Made by a program: the position numbers and the translations under genes
Origin: Eimeria praecox
Lineage: Eukaryota
Assembly (NCBI GenBank): GCA_963920595.1
Contig: OY986946.1
Coordinates: forward strand, 6,696,001-6,760,000
Direction of reading: 5' to 3'
Length of the DNA: 64,000 bases
Notes under the pieces: generated by a model
Seen by the model: only the letters and a program-made list of their open reading frames with translations
Database searches by the model: none
Told to the model about the DNA's origin: nothing
Part shown: in pieces, positions 13,601 to 25,685 of the stretch
Layout of the letters: each line of letters starts with the position of its first letter
How positions within the stretch are numbered: position 1 is the first letter of the stretch

Positions 13601-15629
13601 GTGTAGGTTTGTGTATTTGCCAGTCTCTGTATGCATGCTTGTATTCATGCATATGTGCGTGTGTGAGACTTTCGCGTTTGCATGAACCGCCGTACACGTG
13701 GGTGTACACCGCGTTTGATCCTTTTGCGTTTCGCCACAAATGTATGGGCAAATATTGCCAAATGTATGCCCATAGGTAAGGGCACGTATGCAGAAAACCG
13801 CGGGCGCTTTACGAGTACAGGCTTATGCTTGTTGGCGCATTGGGAATAGCTCTTTGCATAAGCTGGAGCCGTGCTTAAACAACTGAGCCTTTCCACCCTT
13901 TCTTTACTGCCTGTTCTTCTGTTGTGCATGCTGTGGTTCTTGTTTGTTGCCTCCACCGTCATCAGCTTCTCTGCCCTCCGTGAGTGTCCTTGCCTACGTT
14001 CGCGCATGTCAGGCGCACATTGCTTATGGTGCACATGGGTTAAGAGGTGCGTCATTTTCTTAACCTGCGCAGGCAGTCCAACACTTTTTGGGACCTCTAG
14101 AAGCTCGCACGGATTTGCGGGGGGCCGAAGTATTTGCCGACGCTGTATCAGCCTTAGAGGCGTTTGAATTGTTCCACAAAGAGCACTGTGGACCGCGCGA
14201 TCCAGCTATCCCCACTCCCCAGGCTTTATGCCTGGAAAAGCTAGAGGCGGCCCTTGCGCAGCATGCAGCGAACGGAGGACCAGCGAACGCTAGACAACAG
14301 CTTTTGCCTATTCTCAGCCTCGCCTGCCGCTACAGAGAACAGATGGACCACTGGCTGTCTGCAGGCCCCGAAGAAGTTGAGAGTCTCGCCTTCTTCCTGG
14401 GCCGTGCCATCATCATTGGTTCCCCTGCAGCAAGTCTGCTTTATGCGGACAAAGACAGACAGGAGGAAGCCTCGCAACAACAGGAGCAACAGCAACAGAG
14501 TCACCAACAGGAGCCACAGCAGCAGCAACAGCAGATGCAGCAACAGCAACTGCAGCAACAGCAGATGCAGCAACAGCAACTGCAGCAACAGCAGATGCAG
14601 CAACAGCAACTGCAACCAAATGCAAACATTCCTAACGAACTCTCGCTGTTTCAGCTGCACCGAGACATGGCTCGTTTGCCAGAGTTAGCTGTGGAACTGC
14701 ATACAGACCCTGAGGAAGCACCAAGTCTTATTTCTCCGTCTCTGCAGATGGCAGCTTTGGACGTTCAGACCGTGGAGGACCTTCGCCCGTTCTTGCCTGA
14801 TGATTATTCTGTGCCAACAGACGTGGAAGCCAGTGCAAGTGTGCAGCAGCCCGGTGATGGCGGGAGGAGAAGCCCGCGAGGCAGTCGGAGAAGAGACGTG
14901 GGCGGACTCCCAGAAGAGGAGAACGGTGGAGGCGGAGATTATCTTGGGGATTGCGGGCACCGGAAGCCTGCCCCTGTGAGCTTGTGGCTAGGGAATCTTA
15001 GGAACTTCTGCGCAAACTCCAGAGATCCAGCAGGCACAGAGGCTTGCGGCGTTTTGAAGCGGTGGCTACTGGGGCCAGAGGAGCAGACGGGACCCCCAAC
15101 TGATGGAGAAGGTCCTAAGAGGTCAAGAGCAGCCCTGCCTGCACTCATTCGTGTCGCAGATTGGAATACGCAGAAACCAAAATCGGCACTTGAAATTCCT
15201 GAACTGGGTATTGTTCTCGAGCCTTACCAATTAAGGCCAGGTGAGACGGGCAGAAGGAATTGGGTATCATGTATAGCAAGAGGACGGGTAATACCCCGCT
15301 TGTTCAGGAGACCGAAGACTTGCGCAGTGGGAATGTTGCTTCTTTCGACTTTCTGTTTGCCTCCGACATTGGGCGTGGAGACAGGGAAGGCGTTTTGCCT
15401 TCCTAGGGAGGCTCGCCATGTATTTATGGTGATATGCTTGGGTGTTGACGCAGGTGCGACTGGCCGAGAGGAGCTGGAAAAGGCTCAAGCCCTCAACGTA
15501 GTTGGAGGTATTTATGCAGGAAGAGGAACGGTGAGACATCAGCGGCCATCTGAGCGTGCTGTGTGGCAGCGCATCGCGGCTGCACTGAAGGTAATAATGG
15601 GCGTGGAGTGCAGCGATCTGTTCGGGTAA
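10695..15629 (+). CDS. Signal-anchored or secreted HAD-superfamily phosphatase, App1 (phosphatidate phosphatase)-like domain, 4 exons, about 1178 aa, with polyQ
   Basis: Exons 10695-12001, 12188-12588, 12810-13081 and 14073-15629 join in frame with GT-AG boundaries. Hydrophobic segment LPLLFSVFISLFLSISWYALA. HAD motifs VLTDVDDTL, VLSAR, EAK and VVLGDTGEKDPE. Confidence 0.75.
14474..14615 (+). repeat. Coding polyQ tract containing three copies of a 30-nt unit (QQQQMQQQQL)
   Basis: cagcaacagcagatgcagcaacagcaactg is repeated in tandem. Confidence 0.9.
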
Positions 15630-17013
15630 TGCCAAGACTGCAGTACCTTGATGGCAGCCGACCCATCTGTGACTGATCTTTAAGCACACTCAGTCCGCTA
15701 GATAGATCTTGGCAGCCTGTCAGCGGCCGCTAGGGTCAACTGGAAGCGTGGAAAAAAGTGCCTTTAGTGGCGGATGAAACGGCTCTAATGCATTCTGACC
15801 GAGATTGCTGAAGACTGGTTGATAGCAACACCAGTGCGAGTATAAAGCGCGGGAGACGGAGATTCTTACGCGCGGAAGCCAAGGTGACAAGGAGGATTCG
15901 GCACGTTTTTGTCACTGAGCGAACACCCCTTGTTGCTTTCTTTGCTCTTGCTCCGCGCGCTTTTCACATGGGGACAAGCAAGAGCGTGGGTGCTCTTTCC
16001 GTCTACCTGTTTTCTCCTTGGCACCTTCCTTTCCTCCCTGGACCCAGGAGGCCAATAGCTGTTTCTTGAGACAGACTCAGCTTATCGATATAATTCACAG
16101 GAATTACCTCGCCGGCATTTACAGAGTGAAATTACAGACAGAGAATGAATGTAGCAGCCGACGTACACTTCGCTGGTCCCTTACAGTCCGAAGCCCAAAG
16201 GCTGCGGCATAAATGTGTGCGAATCTCCGCACCAAATATTACTAATGGCAATTTGAGTAGGGATCTAATTGACAGAAATAAATACTCGTTGCTAGAATCA
16301 GGGCTTGTAGTAGTTACTGGCCCGCAGTTTGGTAATAGCAGGGCAGCTGGACACGCCGGATCTCGGGTCTCATACACTCATGCACACATGCTTACTTTCG
16401 TCCTTGTTTACTTTCGTCCTTCTTGGGATTGATTTCTCGTCCTTAGTCAGTATTTGTTCTTCTTGCTGCCGCAGGAAGAACAATCCACTTGTTAGTGGGC
16501 TGGTAAGCTTTGTAGTATTCGGGAATATGGCTGCCAGTATGGGGCAGGCATGGTGAGTGTGGAGACGCTGCTGCACGTCACCTCAGCAGTAAATGCAATG
16601 GCATATATGGAAGCTGGATCCACAGCCAGCCCCAGGGAAATCATGCAGCTGAGCATCACTGTATCCATTAATAATGAAGTCGTAACATCAGCTCTCCGGA
16701 TCATGATAGGCCAGTAAATGGAGTGGCATCAAGGGATCACTCACAGCACGATAAGATTATGTTGTGGTGAACTGGTCCAACGTAGAAGTCCCGTGCCATA
16801 GCCGCATTATTCATTTCTAATTAGGCCTCTCATTATACGCCTATTGTTTTGCCGCTTATCGGGTCCTTTCTGCCATCCGTAGAAGCTTGCCACAGAGACT
16901 GCGCCAGCGAATGAACTGGGAAGTTGCATCTCCTCGCAGTAGCTTCAGGTACCAGATCTACTTCCCAGCGTATCTCAAACAGCCGCAGCAGCTCCTGGCC
17001 TTAAATACGAGTT

Positions 17014-17213
17014 NNNNNNNNNNNNNNNNNNNNNNNNNNNNNNNNNNNNNNNNNNNNNNNNNNNNNNNNNNNNNNNNNNNNNNNNNNNNNNNNNNNNNNN
17101 NNNNNNNNNNNNNNNNNNNNNNNNNNNNNNNNNNNNNNNNNNNNNNNNNNNNNNNNNNNNNNNNNNNNNNNNNNNNNNNNNNNNNNNNNNNNNNNNNNNN
17201 NNNNNNNNNNNNN
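17014..17213. other. Assembly gap (200 N)
   Basis: Run of n characters. Confidence 1.
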
Positions 17214-20200
17214 AGGGGAGAACGTATGGGAACCTTTTTTCGTCCTAGTAAAGCATCGACTTACGAAGATACGTCTGGATAAACACTTTTAGGGTGCCAA
17301 GATAAGTGAATGCTTGGACGGGGAATGCCTTGGAATGCTAGATGCACCTAAAAGAAGAAGGCTTGGCCATGACTGGCAGCCCCCCTTCGACACGCGAGTT
17401 GATACAACGCTTCAGGACTACTAACAGAGCAACCATAATAACCTAGATGAAGGCCAATCAGTGCCAATGAGATAAGCTAGCATGCTTAGCTAGCCTTGCG
17501 AGGATAGTGATACAGGTTGCACAGGTTTCCGCTGCAGGCTTGTTTGGCTACTTGCTCACTGTCCTACCCCTGCAGTTGCCCAAGTCAATAACTCAAGGAG
17601 GCATGGTCCAATTTAACCACTAGAGATGAGCATCAAGAGCTTTGGCAGCAGCAGCACCTCCTGGGGGCGCCATAGAAGACCTGAGGAACGAGGCGAATTC
17701 CAGCTTAGTGTATCTGGAGGGATAGATAGGGGCGCATGCACTCTAACTAGTGCAACAAATTTGATTAATTATAATGAGCTAAGCCGGGAGACAGTAAGAA
17801 CGCACAAAGCCATGCTGTCGACGCCGAGCGAGTGAGCGGCTCGGTGTGGCTGCCCTTGTCGGTTCCTTCGGGAGCAGACAAGCGCCCTCCATGCGGACGG
17901 GGCGGCAGCATACTACTTTTTATTATTCTTTCTTGGATCGAACCTCACCATTATACCGCATGGCTTGACTTGGGTTGGGCCGGTGCCATCGCGGCCATAC
18001 GCTTCTTAGTTCGCCCGTGGCGAGCCGAGAGGGGATCTGGTTGGGGGGCTTGATGCTTATGCTTCTCGGTTCTTTTCTGGTATTCCCGTTCAAACATCGC
18101 GAACCGTGCTGAATGATATCCTACAGTCGGCATGACCGCTTTCTTCCTCACACTAGATTGGCCCCATGGGGGCTGGGGTCGACCAGCAGCAGCACCAGCA
18201 GCATCAAGAGAGCCTGCATCAGCTGGAGCAGCAGGAGGAGAAGCAGCAACACTAACTGCAACAGCAGCCTTCGCTGAGACTTCCTCACGGAGACGCCATG
18301 GACTCCGTCGAGCCAGGCTGCCGCTTCTTTTCTCCGTTTTTATTTCCCTGTTTTTGAGCATCTCGTGGTACGCCCTGGCGGGAACTCCCCCAGACACTCC
18401 TTCTCCTGAAGATGACATTGGAGAATCAAATGCCGAGCGGAAGGACAGTAATCCAACAGCACCGAAGCAACCGGGACAGCCGGGTGGTGGTGTCCCCGTT
18501 CCCAGCGTTTTCCAGGTGGCTGAAGACGATATCCCTCCGGAGTTGCGCTTCGCTCCGCCCATTCTCTCAACTGCTTCTTCCATGGGACATCGCAGCATTT
18601 CACCTCCTGTGCAACGTGATCGCCGGCCTTCCGGTGCAGGTGCCGCTTCTTCAGGGGCTGTTGTTGTGTCTGAGATGCTGCAGCCCTACACCTATGGCCG
18701 CGTGGGGGCCACCTTTGGGAGTGTATTGGTCCTTACAGACGTAGACGATACCCTGTGGTGTTCGGGATCTATGGCAGCCTTCGGCAAACACATCGGGGGC
18801 ATTGACAGCGAGCTTGGGCGTGGGCTTCCGTATCCTGGAATAGGGACCCTGCTGTTTATGCTGGCTCTGGGGCCCCACACTTCCACCCCCAGCGGCTTGC
18901 GGATCCCTATAGAGCATTGCCCCGTGCCACTCCCTTCGCCGCAGACACAGAACTGCCCATACGACGTGCAACAGTTCCCAGTACAACATTTCTTGCCGCG
19001 GAGGGCTGGCGTTCTTTCTGCAAGGGTCTCCACTTCTCTTTTGGCTCAATTCACCCGTCCCCCATCCTTTTTCAGAGACATCGATGCAATTTTTACTAGC
19101 GGTGCGCGGCAGCTATACGGTGCAGGCGCACCGCGCTGGCCACTGGGGTATCAGAACCAGATGAAGTTTGCTCAAGTACTGTCGTCCCAGAACTCACGAG
19201 GGGAGGCCAAGATTTGGGGGTTTACGGAGGCCATAAGCGGTGGGGGTCCTGCGGTCGTGTTGGGGGACACAGGGGAAAAGGATCCAGAAGCTGCAGCAGG
19301 GATGGCTGTCAAATACCCGGAATCCCTTGGAGCAGTGTTGCTTCACTCCGTCTTCCTCAACAGACAGAAAGAAATAGACGCGGGGACTGGGAGGCAGCGA
19401 AGAGAAATGCCCAAACACATGATTCCTTTTGTTATGGAGTAAGAGCATAGCCAAACATACCTACACGCATCCAAGGCAATTCAGTTTTGGACCAATGACT
19501 GCCATGTTCCTTTCGCGTCCCTCAGGGTGCACGATTCTGTAGGTAGTAGGTAGTCCTCGTTTGTTCCGATAGCGCCTTGCACAGCTCATTACTTCGTAAG
19601 CGTGTTTGTGCCGATGTGCTGCAGCGTCTCTGGGGTCAAGTTGCCTGCAGTACAGCTGGTGTACGAGATCCTAGTGAAGGTGCGAGGAGGCGAGGAGGTG
19701 CAGTCTTTTGGAGACCTGAGCGAAGAGGTGGCCTATGCTGCCGGCGTGCAGATAGCAGCAGATGTGCGCCAGCTGTTCAAAACTGCAACAAGGAGGCAGC
19801 TTCTGGCAGCAGAGGCCAGAGCAAGTGGGGATCCCGGTTCGTCGCCGCTCGCACCACCTGTGATCTTCATCCACGTAACGCGACTGCACACGCAGGTTCT
19901 AGAAACGCCGCAGGAAGTTGGTGTTGCTGGCCAGCTAGCTAATTTCAGCAGCAAGCTAGCCATGAAGGTCAGCAGGTGGTCAGCGAAGAAGTTCTCACCA
20001 AACCCGGAACTCATCGACATAGCAGGTGAAGACTGCTTCTGTAGTCACAGCTGGTGCCTCGTGTTGGCCACTAGTTGAACTGCTTCTTTCGCCTTACTAT
20101 TAGTTCCCTCCTTGCTCTATAGGCCGCCGTTTCATTCCAAAAACTGTTTTGCAGGATACAGTTCGTAGTTTAGTGTGGCTGGGGTGGGCGCGTGTTAAGG

Positions 20201-23200
20201 GTTATCTGTTGAAGGTTTAGGGCTTGTTAGTGAATTCGTGCTGCAGGTTTCCGTCAACGTGCGGAGGTGCTTCCCGTATTCCTTCAGTCACCCGTGCAGA
20301 AGGTCTCGCCGCAAGGCGTTCGCTACCCCTTGGGTGTTCCCTTCGCGAGTTATCGCACAGCTGTGGGGGCAGCCTTTGCTAGCTGGGCCTTAGGCATGCT
20401 GACGACGCAAGACGTGATGTCTCTAATTGTGGCGGCTATCAGGGATTTGCGCTCTTTGGGACCTCCAAACCACTGCTGGCAAAGGACCGTTGTTCACGAG
20501 ATGCTTGTCGATGTTGCGGTAAGCCACCTGTTGATACTTCGCGTGTGGTGGGCATATGCGTCTTATCTCGTTGGATACGATCCAGAGTTGGGGACCATTT
20601 TGCCTCTGCTGCTCGCGTTTGCTTCTGCTGCGATTGTGTCCTTGAGTGCTTGGCTTGGCTCTTGTTTCTGCTTCATCTGTGCCATTTTTGGCCTGTGTGC
20701 ACTTTTCGCTATGCACACCGGGATCCCGCTCTGTTTATCACCAAGCCTATCTGCCTGTGAACATATCTGCACGTGCCCACGCCGTCAATGTCTTTTTGTC
20801 TTCATGCGCAAGCCGGCATCTTTTTCTGTGTATGAGAATATGTGGCTTTTCTCCTGTCTGATATGTGTGACCCCCGTGCAGACGCATTAGCTGTCGTATA
20901 GTTGCGTACATGCATATGCATCTGTATGGGCGTGCGCATTACTGTGCGCACGAATGCGTGGATGGGCTGTGGGCGAGTGGTCTTGGACATAAGTGCGTTC
21001 AGTCATATGCTGGTTGCACGTTCACAAGCGTGTTTACGTGTAGGTTTGTGTATTTGCCAGTCTCTGTATGCATGCTTGTATTCATGCATATGTGCGTGTG
21101 TGAGACTTTCGCGTTTGCATGAACCGCCGTACACGTGGGTGTACACCGCGTTTGATCCTTTTGCGTTTCGCCACAAATGTATGGGCAAATATTGCCAAAT
21201 GTATGCCCATAGGTAAGGGCACGTATGCAGAAAACCGCGGGCGCTTTACGAGTACAGGCTTATGCTTGTTGGCGCATTGGGAATAGCTCTTTGCATAAGC
21301 TGGAGCCGTGCTTAAACAACTGAGCCTTTCCACCCTTTCTTTACTGCCTGTTCTTCTGTTGTGCATGCTGTGGTTCTTGTTTGTTGCCTCCACCGTCATC
21401 AGCTTCTCTGCCCTCCGTGAGTGTCCTTGCCTACGTTCGCGCATGTCAGGCGCACATTGCTTATGGTGCACATGGGTTAAGAGGTGCGTCATTTTCTTAA
21501 CCTGCGCAGGCAGTCCAACACTTTTTGGGACCTCTAGAAGCTCGCACGGATTTGCGGGGGGCCGAAGTATTTGCCGACGCTGTATCAGCCTTAGAGGCGT
21601 TTGAATTGTTCCACAAAGAGCACTGTGGACCGCGCGATCCAGCTATCCCCACTCCCCAGGCTTTATGCCTGGAAAAGCTAGAGGCGGCCCTTGCGCAGCA
21701 TGCAGCGAACGGAGGACCAGCGAACGCTAGACAACAGCTTTTGCCTATTCTCAGCCTCGCCTGCCGCTACAGAGAACAGATGGACCACTGGCTGTCTGCA
21801 GGCCCCGAAGAAGTTGAGAGTCTCGCCTTCTTCCTGGGCCGTGCCATCATCATTGGTTCCCCTGCAGCAAGTCTGCTTTATGCGGACAAAGACAGACAGG
21901 AGGAAGCCTCGCAACAACAGGAGCAACAGCAACAGAGTCACCAACAGGAGCCACAGCAGCAGCAACAGCAGATGCAGCAACAGCAACTGCAGCAACAGCA
22001 GATGCAGCAACAGCAACTGCAGCAACAGCAGATGCAGCAACAGCAACTGCAACCAAATGCAAACATTCCTAACGAACTCTCGCTGTTTCAGCTGCACCGA
22101 GACATGGCTCGTTTGCCAGAGTTAGCTGTGGAACTGCATACAGACCCTGAGGAAGCACCAAGTCTTATTTCTCCGTCTCTGCAGATGGCAGCTTTGGACG
22201 TTCAGACCGTGGAGGACCTTCGCCCGTTCTTGCCTGATGATTATTCTGTGCCAACAGACGTGGAAGCCAGTGCAAGTGTGCAGCAGCCCGGTGATGGCGG
22301 GAGGAGAAGCCCGCGAGGCAGTCGGAGAAGAGACGTGGGCGGACTCCCAGAAGAGGAGAACGGTGGAGGCGGAGATTATCTTGGGGATTGCGGGCACCGG
22401 AAGCCTGCCCCTGTGAGCTTGTGGCTAGGGAATCTTAGGAACTTCTGCGCAAACTCCAGAGATCCAGCAGGCACAGAGGCTTGCGGCGTTTTGAAGCGGT
22501 GGCTACTGGGGCCAGAGGAGCAGACGGGACCCCCAACTGATGGAGAAGGTCCTAAGAGGTCAAGAGCAGCCCTGCCTGCACTCATTCGTGTCGCAGATTG
22601 GAATACGCAGAAACCAAAATCGGCACTTGAAATTCCTGAACTGGGTATTGTTCTCGAGCCTTACCAATTAAGGCCAGGTGAGACGGGCAGAAGGAATTGG
22701 GTATCATGTATAGCAAGAGGACGGGTAATACCCCGCTTGTTCAGGAGACCGAAGACTTGCGCAGTGGGAATGTTGCTTCTTTCGACTTTCTGTTTGCCTC
22801 CGACATTGGGCGTGGAGACAGGGAAGGCGTTTTGCCTTCCTAGGGAGGCTCGCCATGTATTTATGGTGATATGCTTGGGTGTTGACGCAGGTGCGACTGG
22901 CCGAGAGGAGCTGGAAAAGGCTCAAGCCCTCAACGTAGTTGGAGGTATTTATGCAGGAAGAGGAACGGTGAGACATCAGCGGCCATCTGAGCGTGCTGTG
23001 TGGCAGCGCATCGCGGCTGCACTGAAGGTAATAATGGGCGTGGAGTGCAGCGATCTGTTCGGGTAATGCCAAGACTGCAGTACCTTGATGGCAGCCGACC
23101 CATCTGTGACTGATCTTTAAGCACACTCAGTCCGCTAGATAGATCTTGGCAGCCTGTCAGCGGCCGCTAGGGTCAACTGGAAGCGTGGAAAAAAGTGCCT

Positions 23201-24450
23201 TTAGTGGCGGATGAAACGGCTCTAATGCATTCTGACCGAGATTGCTGAAGACTGGTTGATAGCAACACCAGTGCGAGTATAAAGCGCGGGAGACGGAGAT
23301 TCTTACGCGCGGAAGCCAAGGTGACAAGGAGGATTCGGCACGTTTTTGTCACTGAGCGAACACCCCTTGTTGCTTTCTTTGCTCTTGCTCCGCGCGCTTT
23401 TCACATGGGGACAAGCAAGAGCGTGGGTGCTCTTTCCGTCTACCTGTTTTCTCCTTGGCACCTTCCTTTCCTCCCTGGACCCAGGAGGCCAATAGCTGTT
23501 TCTTGAGACAGACTCAGCTTATCGATATAATTCACAGGAATTACCTCGCCGGCATTTACAGAGTGAAATTACAGACAGAGAATGAATGTAGCAGCCGACG
23601 TACACTTCGCTGGTCCCTTACAGTCCGAAGCCCAAAGGCTGCGGCATAAATGTGTGCGAATCTCCGCACCAAATATTACTAATGGCAATTTGAGTAGGGA
23701 TCTAATTGACAGAAATAAATACTCGTTGCTAGAATCAGGGCTTGTAGTAGTTACTGGCCCGCAGTTTGGTAATAGCAGGGCAGCTGGACACGCCGGATCT
23801 CGGGTCTCATACACTCATGCACACATGCTTACTTTCGTCCTTGTTTACTTTCGTCCTTCTTGGGATTGATTTCTCGTCCTTAGTCAGTATTTGTTCTTCT
23901 TGCTGCCGCAGGAAGAACAATCCACTTGTTAGTGGGCTGGTAAGCTTTGTAGTATTCGGGAATATGGCTGCCAGTATGGGGCAGGCATGGTGAGTGTGGA
24001 GACGCTGCTGCACGTCACCTCAGCAGTAAATGCAATGGCATATATGGAAGCTGGATCCACAGCCAGCCCCAGGGAAATCATGCAGCTGAGCATCACTGTA
24101 TCCATTAATAATGAAGTCGTAACATCAGCTCTCCGGATCATGATAGGCCAGTAAATGGAGTGGCATCAAGGGATCACTCACAGCACGATAAGATTATGTT
24201 GTGGTGAACTGGTCCAACGTAGAAGTCCCGTGCCATAGCCGCATTATTCATTTCTAATTAGGCCTCTCATTATACGCCTATTGTTTTGCCGCTTATCGGG
24301 TCCTTTCTGCCATCCGTAGAAGCTTGCCACAGAGACTGCGCCAGCGAATGAACTGGGAAGTTGCATCTCCTCGCAGTAGCTTCAGGTACCAGATCTACTT
24401 CCCAGCGTATCTCAAACAGCCGCAGCAGCTCCTGGCCTTAAATACGAGTT
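17214..24450 (+). repeat. Copy 2 of the 7237-bp direct duplication
   Basis: Begins exactly after the gap. No difference from 9777-17013 was seen. Confidence 0.97.
18132..23066 (+). CDS. Second, apparently identical copy of the App1-like HAD phosphatase gene (may be an assembly duplicate)
   Basis: Exons 18132-19438, 19625-20025, 20247-20518 and 21510-23066. ORF translations match copy 1. Confidence 0.6.
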
Positions 24451-25685
24451 TAGATAAACACTGAGTCAACGCGAAGCGGCTTTGCTGGTCTGGTTGTTAT
24501 CCCGTTCGGCCCTAGCATTGCGCCGCACGCTAATTGGAGGCCAGGTATTTCCTTGATTGTTCTGTGTGTTCCCCTTGTGGCACTGCACAGAGGCCTGATT
24601 CGACAGTTCCTTTGATTCCTCCATGCGTTCGCAACCTTGTATTGTGTGACCTCCTTTACTGAAGAAGAACGATAGGCCGATCGGAATTGTCTCGGGGCTT
24701 TCTGTTTGCCTAATTTGCTGGCTGCTGTTTGTTACCGTTTCAAGGCCATTTGTGCGCTAGTCTGGCAATCACAACCCCAATATCCATAGGCTCAAAAGCT
24801 TGGTCATTTCCAAGCCAGGGCTGTGGAAGTGGCGTTCTTGCGTCCTTTTGTGCGAAGGCACTCCATCGTCCAGGCCAGCTCAACTATTTCTTGTCTTCTC
24901 TCCATAACCATAACTCTGCCAGTTGCCAGTTTCGTCTCCCCGCGAGATAGCTCTGCATTAGAGCAAATACAAAAAAATCCTGGTCCGTCATGCACTTCAG
25001 ATCGTCAATAACTGAAACTTCCAGTTGTGGCGCTCTGTCGAAAGCTTCCCTTGCACAAGTTTGCTCAGTCCTCCACAGCCTGTCCCCTTGCAAACTGGGA
25101 ACAAACCGGCACGGCAGAGCATCCCGGGAGGGTTGCATGGTACTGACACGTGCCGGGGGAGCGGAACCTTTCCTTAGAGGTACCCACCAGTGGTGCGGCC
25201 CCTTTCTATAGACACAATGTTGATACCTATTCCTAATCTTCTGAGGCGTTGTAAAGGCGAATCTATAAGCCTAGGGAAGCGGCTGCCTTTGCACCGGGGC
25301 GCTCGTCACACCTGGATAGTGAGCAGAGGCGAACGCACTCTTTATGAATAGGCCTTGGTGGAAATCCGCTTGCTTTCCCCCTCAGGGGATGCACAAATCG
25401 AGCTTGTTTCTCTTCGGCGAGGCTCTGTGGGCTGCCTCCCTAGCTGCTGGCAGGCCATGATCAATATACATTGTACAGGAGGAAATGGCTGAGCCTTTAT
25501 CAAGGATTTTCAAAGATGTTCAGGTTTTTTTCTCTTTCCCAATTATTGCCGCATGGTAAGCCGCCATGTTTCGCTGAACCATGAGCCATGGGATGCTACC
25601 AGGTATAGGGAGAATACTCAGTCTTATCTGAGGAGTGTCGCTAACTGCAAGGCAAAGCCTTAAAGATAGATTTCGCAGAAAAACG
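24172..25685 (-). mobile_element. Degenerate gag plus protease remnant, inverted copy of 5265-6800
   Basis: ORF 24729-24950(+) is nearly identical to ORF 6031-6252(-). Reverse-complement similarity can be followed to about 24172 and 25685. Confidence 0.7.

Larger units (their letters stand above)
9777..17013 (+). repeat. Copy 1 of a 7237-bp direct duplication
   Basis: All ORFs recur with identical translations at an offset of +7437. The copy ends exactly at the N gap. Confidence 0.97.
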
